The notes under the pieces are model-generated. The model searched no databases and had not been told where the DNA came from. It saw nothing but the letters and a program-made list of their open reading frames with translations. A stretch of 64,000 bases of DNA from an uncultured Planctomycetaceae bacterium (lineage in GTDB: Bacteria; Planctomycetota; Planctomycetia; Isosphaerales; Isosphaeraceae). The stretch is taken from positions 4,672,001 through 4,736,000 of the forward strand of contig CAWIAD010000002.1 in the NCBI GenBank assembly GCA_963833985.1. The letters are read 5' to 3'. The position numbers were made by a program, and so were the translations under genes. This document shows, in pieces, positions 60,529-64,000 of this stretch; position 1 is the first letter of the stretch; each line of letters begins with the position of its first letter.

Positions 60529-61953
60529 ATGACCCAGCAAATCATCATCGACCCCGTGACGCGGATCGAGGGGCATGCCCGGATCACGATCCAGCTCGAT
60601 GACGCCGGCAAGGTGAGCGGGGCGCGGTTCCACGTGTCCGAGTTCCGCGGGTTCGAGAAGTTCTGCGAGGGACGCCCGCTCTGGGAGATGCCGGGCATCA
60701 CCGCCCGCATCTGCGGCATCTGCCCGGTCAGCCACCTGCTGGCCTCGGCGAAGGCGGGAGACCGGATCCTCTCGGTGACCATACCTCCGGCGGCCGAATC
60801 GCTCAGGAGGCTGATGAACCTGGGGCAGATCGTGCAGTCGCACGCGCTCTCGTTCTTTCATATGAGTTGTCCGGACCTGCTGCTGGGGCTGGATAGCGAC
60901 CCAGCGCGGCGGAACATCTTCGGGCTCATCGCCGCCGATCCGGAGTTCGCCCGCAAGGGCATCCGACTGCGGCAGTTCGGCCAGCAGATCATCGAGATCC
61001 TGGGCGGCAAGAAGATCCATCCGGCGTGGTCGGTCCCCGGCGGCGTGCGCGCCGGTCTGAGCCCCGAGGGCCGCGAGCAGATCCGCGCCCGCCTGCCGGA
61101 GGCCATGGAAACCGCGCACCTGGCACTCCGCCGGTTCAAGGCAATCTTCGATCAGTTCCATGAAGAGGCCATCCACTTCGGCGATTTCCCGTCGCTCTTC
61201 CTGGGCCTGGTCTCCCGGGAGGGGAACTGGGAGCACTACGACGGCAACCTGCGGATTGTTGACTCCGACGGTGAGATCGTGGCCGACCAGGTCGATCCCG
61301 CCCGCTACCAGGAGTACATCGGCGAGGCGATCCAGCCCGACTCGTACCTGAAGTCGCCCTACTACAAGCCGGCAGGGCCGGAGCAGGGAATCTACCGGGT
61401 GGGACCGCTGGCACGGCTCAACGTCTGCACGCACATGGGTGTGCCGCAGGCCGACCAGGAACTGCGCGAGTACCGCTACCGGTTTCGTGGAACCGCCTGC
61501 TCGGCGTTCCTGTACCATTACGCGCGGCTCATCGAGATCCTCGCCGCCATCGAGCTGATCAAGCGAATGATCGACGATCCCGAACTCGGGTCGGATCATC
61601 TGCGGGCCCTGGCCGGGATCAACCGGCTCGAGGGCGTGGGCGTCAGCGAGGCGCCCCGGGGCACGTTGTTCCACCACTACCGGGTGGACAGGTACGGGTT
61701 GATCACCTGGGTGAACCTGGTCATCGCCACCGGCCAGAACAACCTCGCGATGAACCGGACCGTGGCCCAGATCGCACGCCACTACATCACCGGTCCAGAG
61801 ATCCCCGAAGGCGTGCTCAACCGGATCGAAGCGGGCATCCGCGCGTTCGACCCGTGCCTGAGCTGCTCGACGCACGCCGTCGGATCGATGCCACTGCACG
61901 TCCGCCTGATCGCGGCCGACGGTGCCGTCCTGCACGAACTCTGGCGCGACTGA
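60529..61953 (+). CDS. hoxH: NiFe hydrogenase large subunit HoxH (group 3d)
   Basis: [26 protein letters not shown] plus a cleavable C-terminal tail. Confidence 0.96.
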   Translation: MTQQIIIDPVTRIEGHARITIQLDDAGKVSGARFHVSEFRGFEKFCEGRPLWEMPGITARICGICPVSHLLASAKAGDRILSVTIPPAAESLRRLMNLGQIVQSHALSFFHMSCPDLLLGLDSDPARRNIFGLIAADPEFARKGIRLRQFGQQIIEILGGKKIHPAWSVPGGVRAGLSPEGREQIRARLPEAMETAHLALRRFKAIFDQFHEEAIHFGDFPSLFLGLVSREGNWEHYDGNLRIVDSDGEIVADQVDPARYQEYIGEAIQPDSYLKSPYYKPAGPEQGIYRVGPLARLNVCTHMGVPQADQELREYRYRFRGTACSAFLYHYARLIEILAAIELIKRMIDDPELGSDHLRALAGINRLEGVGVSEAPRGTLFHHYRVDRYGLITWVNLVIATGQNNLAMNRTVAQIARHYITGPEIPEGVLNRIEAGIRAFDPCLSCSTHAVGSMPLHVRLIAADGAVLHELWRD

Positions 61954-61963
61954 GGCAGGGACC

Positions 61964-62512
61964 ATGCCCGACCAGCCCGCGGCTTGCATCCTCGTGATCG
62001 GCTACGGCAACACCCTCCGCCGGGACGACGCCCTGGGACCGCTCATCGCCGACGAGGTGGAGCGGTGGCACTGCCCGGGCGTCCGCTGCCTGAGCCTGGC
62101 GCAGCTCACCACCGACATGGCAGCCGACCTGGCCGTCGCAGAACAGGTCTACTTTGTGGACGCCCGCAGGTGCTCGCCGGCAGAGGCGATTGACGTCCGC
62201 GCGGAGCCGGTCTTGCCTGGCGAGACCCTCGGGGTAGCTCTTGTGCACGCGATCAGCCCGCAGGCCGTTCTGAACCTCTGCCTGCTGCTTTACGGTTGCC
62301 GGCCCCAGGCGGCGCTGATTTCCGTACCTGGTCTCGATTTCTCGTTCGGCGAGGGGCTCTCGGGACTGGCCCTGCACGGGAAGCAGCAGGCGCTGGGGAT
62401 GATGGCGCGGCTCTTCATGCAGCGCGACGGCGGCGAACCCGTAGAATTGCGCTCGTGTCCCAGGTCTGTTGCCGCCAGATCTTCCTCCTCGTACCGAGAG
62501 AACCGCACTTGA
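61964..62512 (+). CDS. hoxW: Hydrogenase maturation protease
   Basis: ILVIGYGNTLRRDDALG, FVDA, FSFGEGLS. Confidence 0.85.
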   Translation: MPDQPAACILVIGYGNTLRRDDALGPLIADEVERWHCPGVRCLSLAQLTTDMAADLAVAEQVYFVDARRCSPAEAIDVRAEPVLPGETLGVALVHAISPQAVLNLCLLLYGCRPQAALISVPGLDFSFGEGLSGLALHGKQQALGMMARLFMQRDGGEPVELRSCPRSVAARSSSSYRENRT

Positions 62513-63327
62513 GCACGCGCATCATTCAGGTTGATTCCTTCAGCGACCGCCCGTTCGCGGGCAACCCCGCGGCCGTTTGCCTTCTTGATTCTCCCGCACC
62601 CGACCGATGGATGCAGCAGGTCGCCGCCGAGATGAACCTGTCGGAGACGGCCTTCCTCCATCCCCTTGAACCGGGCAGCCTGTTCCGCCTGCGCTGGTTC
62701 ACCCCGCAGGTGGAAGTGGACCTCTGCGGTCACGCCACGCTGGCGGCCGCGCACGTGCTCTGGGAAGAGGGAGTACTGGACCGGCAAGCTCCGGCGCTGT
62801 TCGAGACTCGAAGCGGTCGGCTGGGCGCCAGTCGGCAGGGTGACTGGATCGCCATGGATTTCCCCGCCGAGCCCATGCAGGCCCCGGTGGAGGACGCGCG
62901 GGAACTGGGCCGGATCATCTCCGCGCTGGGAGCGACGGTGGTCTCGGCGGGCCGAAACCGTCTTGATCTGCTGGTGGAGCTTGCCGATGAGAACACCGTT
63001 TGCAAGCTCCGGCCGGATTATCGGCTGCTCGCGGCCATACCGGTGCGGGGCGTGATTGCCACCAGTCGTTCCAGCACACCCGAGTTCGACTTCGTGTCGC
63101 GGTTCTTCGCCCCGAACGTCGGCGTGGACGAGGACCCGGTGTGCGGATCGGCGCACTGTTTTCTGGGCCCGTTCTGGGGAGCACGGCTGGGCCGCTCCGA
63201 GCTGACCGGCCACCAGGTCTCGCCGCGGGGGGGCGTCGTGAAGGTCCGTCTGCAAGACCGCCGGGTCGCACTGATCGGCAAGGCGGTGACGGTGCTGCGT
63301 GGTCACCTGCTCGACGGCCCCGGGTGA
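62509..63327 (+). CDS. PhzF family isomerase
   Basis: QVDSF...GNPAAV, EMNLSETAF, EVDLCGHATLA, EDPVCGSAH. Confidence 0.92.
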   Translation: MSTRIIQVDSFSDRPFAGNPAAVCLLDSPAPDRWMQQVAAEMNLSETAFLHPLEPGSLFRLRWFTPQVEVDLCGHATLAAAHVLWEEGVLDRQAPALFETRSGRLGASRQGDWIAMDFPAEPMQAPVEDARELGRIISALGATVVSAGRNRLDLLVELADENTVCKLRPDYRLLAAIPVRGVIATSRSSTPEFDFVSRFFAPNVGVDEDPVCGSAHCFLGPFWGARLGRSELTGHQVSPRGGVVKVRLQDRRVALIGKAVTVLRGHLLDGPG

Positions 63328-63637
63328 TCCTTCGGGGCGCTTGCATTCACGTCACGCGCGGGTGGCGATGCGCCGGCACCGCTCGCATTGGACCGCCGCG
63401 TGGGATCCGCCCGCCGACCGTGTCGCGGCGGACGCGCAGCGCACGACTGGACTCTTGAGCCGCTCGTCCCGCCGTCACGGCGCGTGGAAAACGACATCGT
63501 CCCGCCTACGGATTAATTGATTTTTAGAATTCAATCCTGGATCGACACCCTCCGGCCACGCCCTTTAGGATGAACCGCTCAGGATCGCCGGCCAGGCGCG
63601 GCAACGCATTTATCAGAGAGCACAGGATGGTTTGAGC

Positions 63638-64000
63638 ATGTCATCTGATGATCCGCTGTGGTACAAGGACGCCATCATCTACGAGGTGCACGTCCGGGCG
63701 TATTCCGACAGCTTCGGGGACGGGCATGGCGACTTCCAGGGGCTGACCCAGAAGCTTGATTACCTGCAAGACCTTGGCATCACGGCCGTCTGGCTCTTGC
63801 CGTTTTACCCCTCGCCGCTCCGGGACGACGGCTACGACATCGCGGACTACACAACCATCCATCCGCTCTACGGCAACCTCGAAGATTTCAAGGCGTTCCT
63901 TGAAGCAGCGCACGAGCGCGACATCCGCGTGATCACCGAGCTGGTCATCAATCACACGTCAGATCAACATCCCTGGTTCCAGCGTGCGCGCCGCGCCCCG
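63638..64000 (+). CDS. treS: Trehalose synthase (maltose alpha-D-glucosyltransferase), 5' part
   Basis: [22 protein letters not shown]...[20 protein letters not shown]...[15 protein letters not shown]. Confidence 0.9.
   Translation, partial: MSSDDPLWYKDAIIYEVHVRAYSDSFGDGHGDFQGLTQKLDYLQDLGITAVWLLPFYPSPLRDDGYDIADYTTIHPLYGNLEDFKAFLEAAHERDIRVITELVINHTSDQHPWFQRARRAP

Overview
GC-rich window from a planctomycete, probably Isosphaeraceae-like. This is inferred from the LEPR-XLL-type N-termini, DUF1559/DUF1573 genes and the Gly/Met-rich PilM-secretin cluster. Left to right: (1) 0-14 kb, an Rhs/YD polymorphic toxin locus (one full-length Rhs with an HExxH tip, two orphan core+tip modules, putative immunity genes) between a GT4 and a GT2 glycosyltransferase; the GT2 carries a long in-frame insertion built from intergenic-type repeats. 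(2) 16.5-21.4 kb, a five-gene cassette: a Sec-signal + double-glycine-leader + 14-Cys precursor, an exported LolA-like protein, a stand-alone membrane-anchored C39 peptidase, a DUF1573 protein and a DUF1559 pilin-like protein, behind a candidate promoter with a poly-G spacer. This is the best candidate for an undescribed system. (3) B12 radical SAM, S53 peptidase, RsmB-like methyltransferase. (4) tRNA-Arg(ACG) with a 1.3 kb decayed integrated element. (5) PilM/secretin cluster, YdjY-like protein, ABC transporter. (6) 49-56.5 kb, a toxin-antitoxin/mobile island: HEPN pair, Fic, a nested repeat array of a RAYT fragment, Phd plus a dead RelE/ParE, a group II intron whose EBS1 matches a REP-like hairpin, ParD-like plus VapC. 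(7) hoxEFUYH-hoxW group 3d hydrogenase, PhzF-like protein and the start of treS. Several single-base frameshifts, mostly in G/C runs, look like sequencing errors. All family assignments are by motif recognition; no database searches were run.
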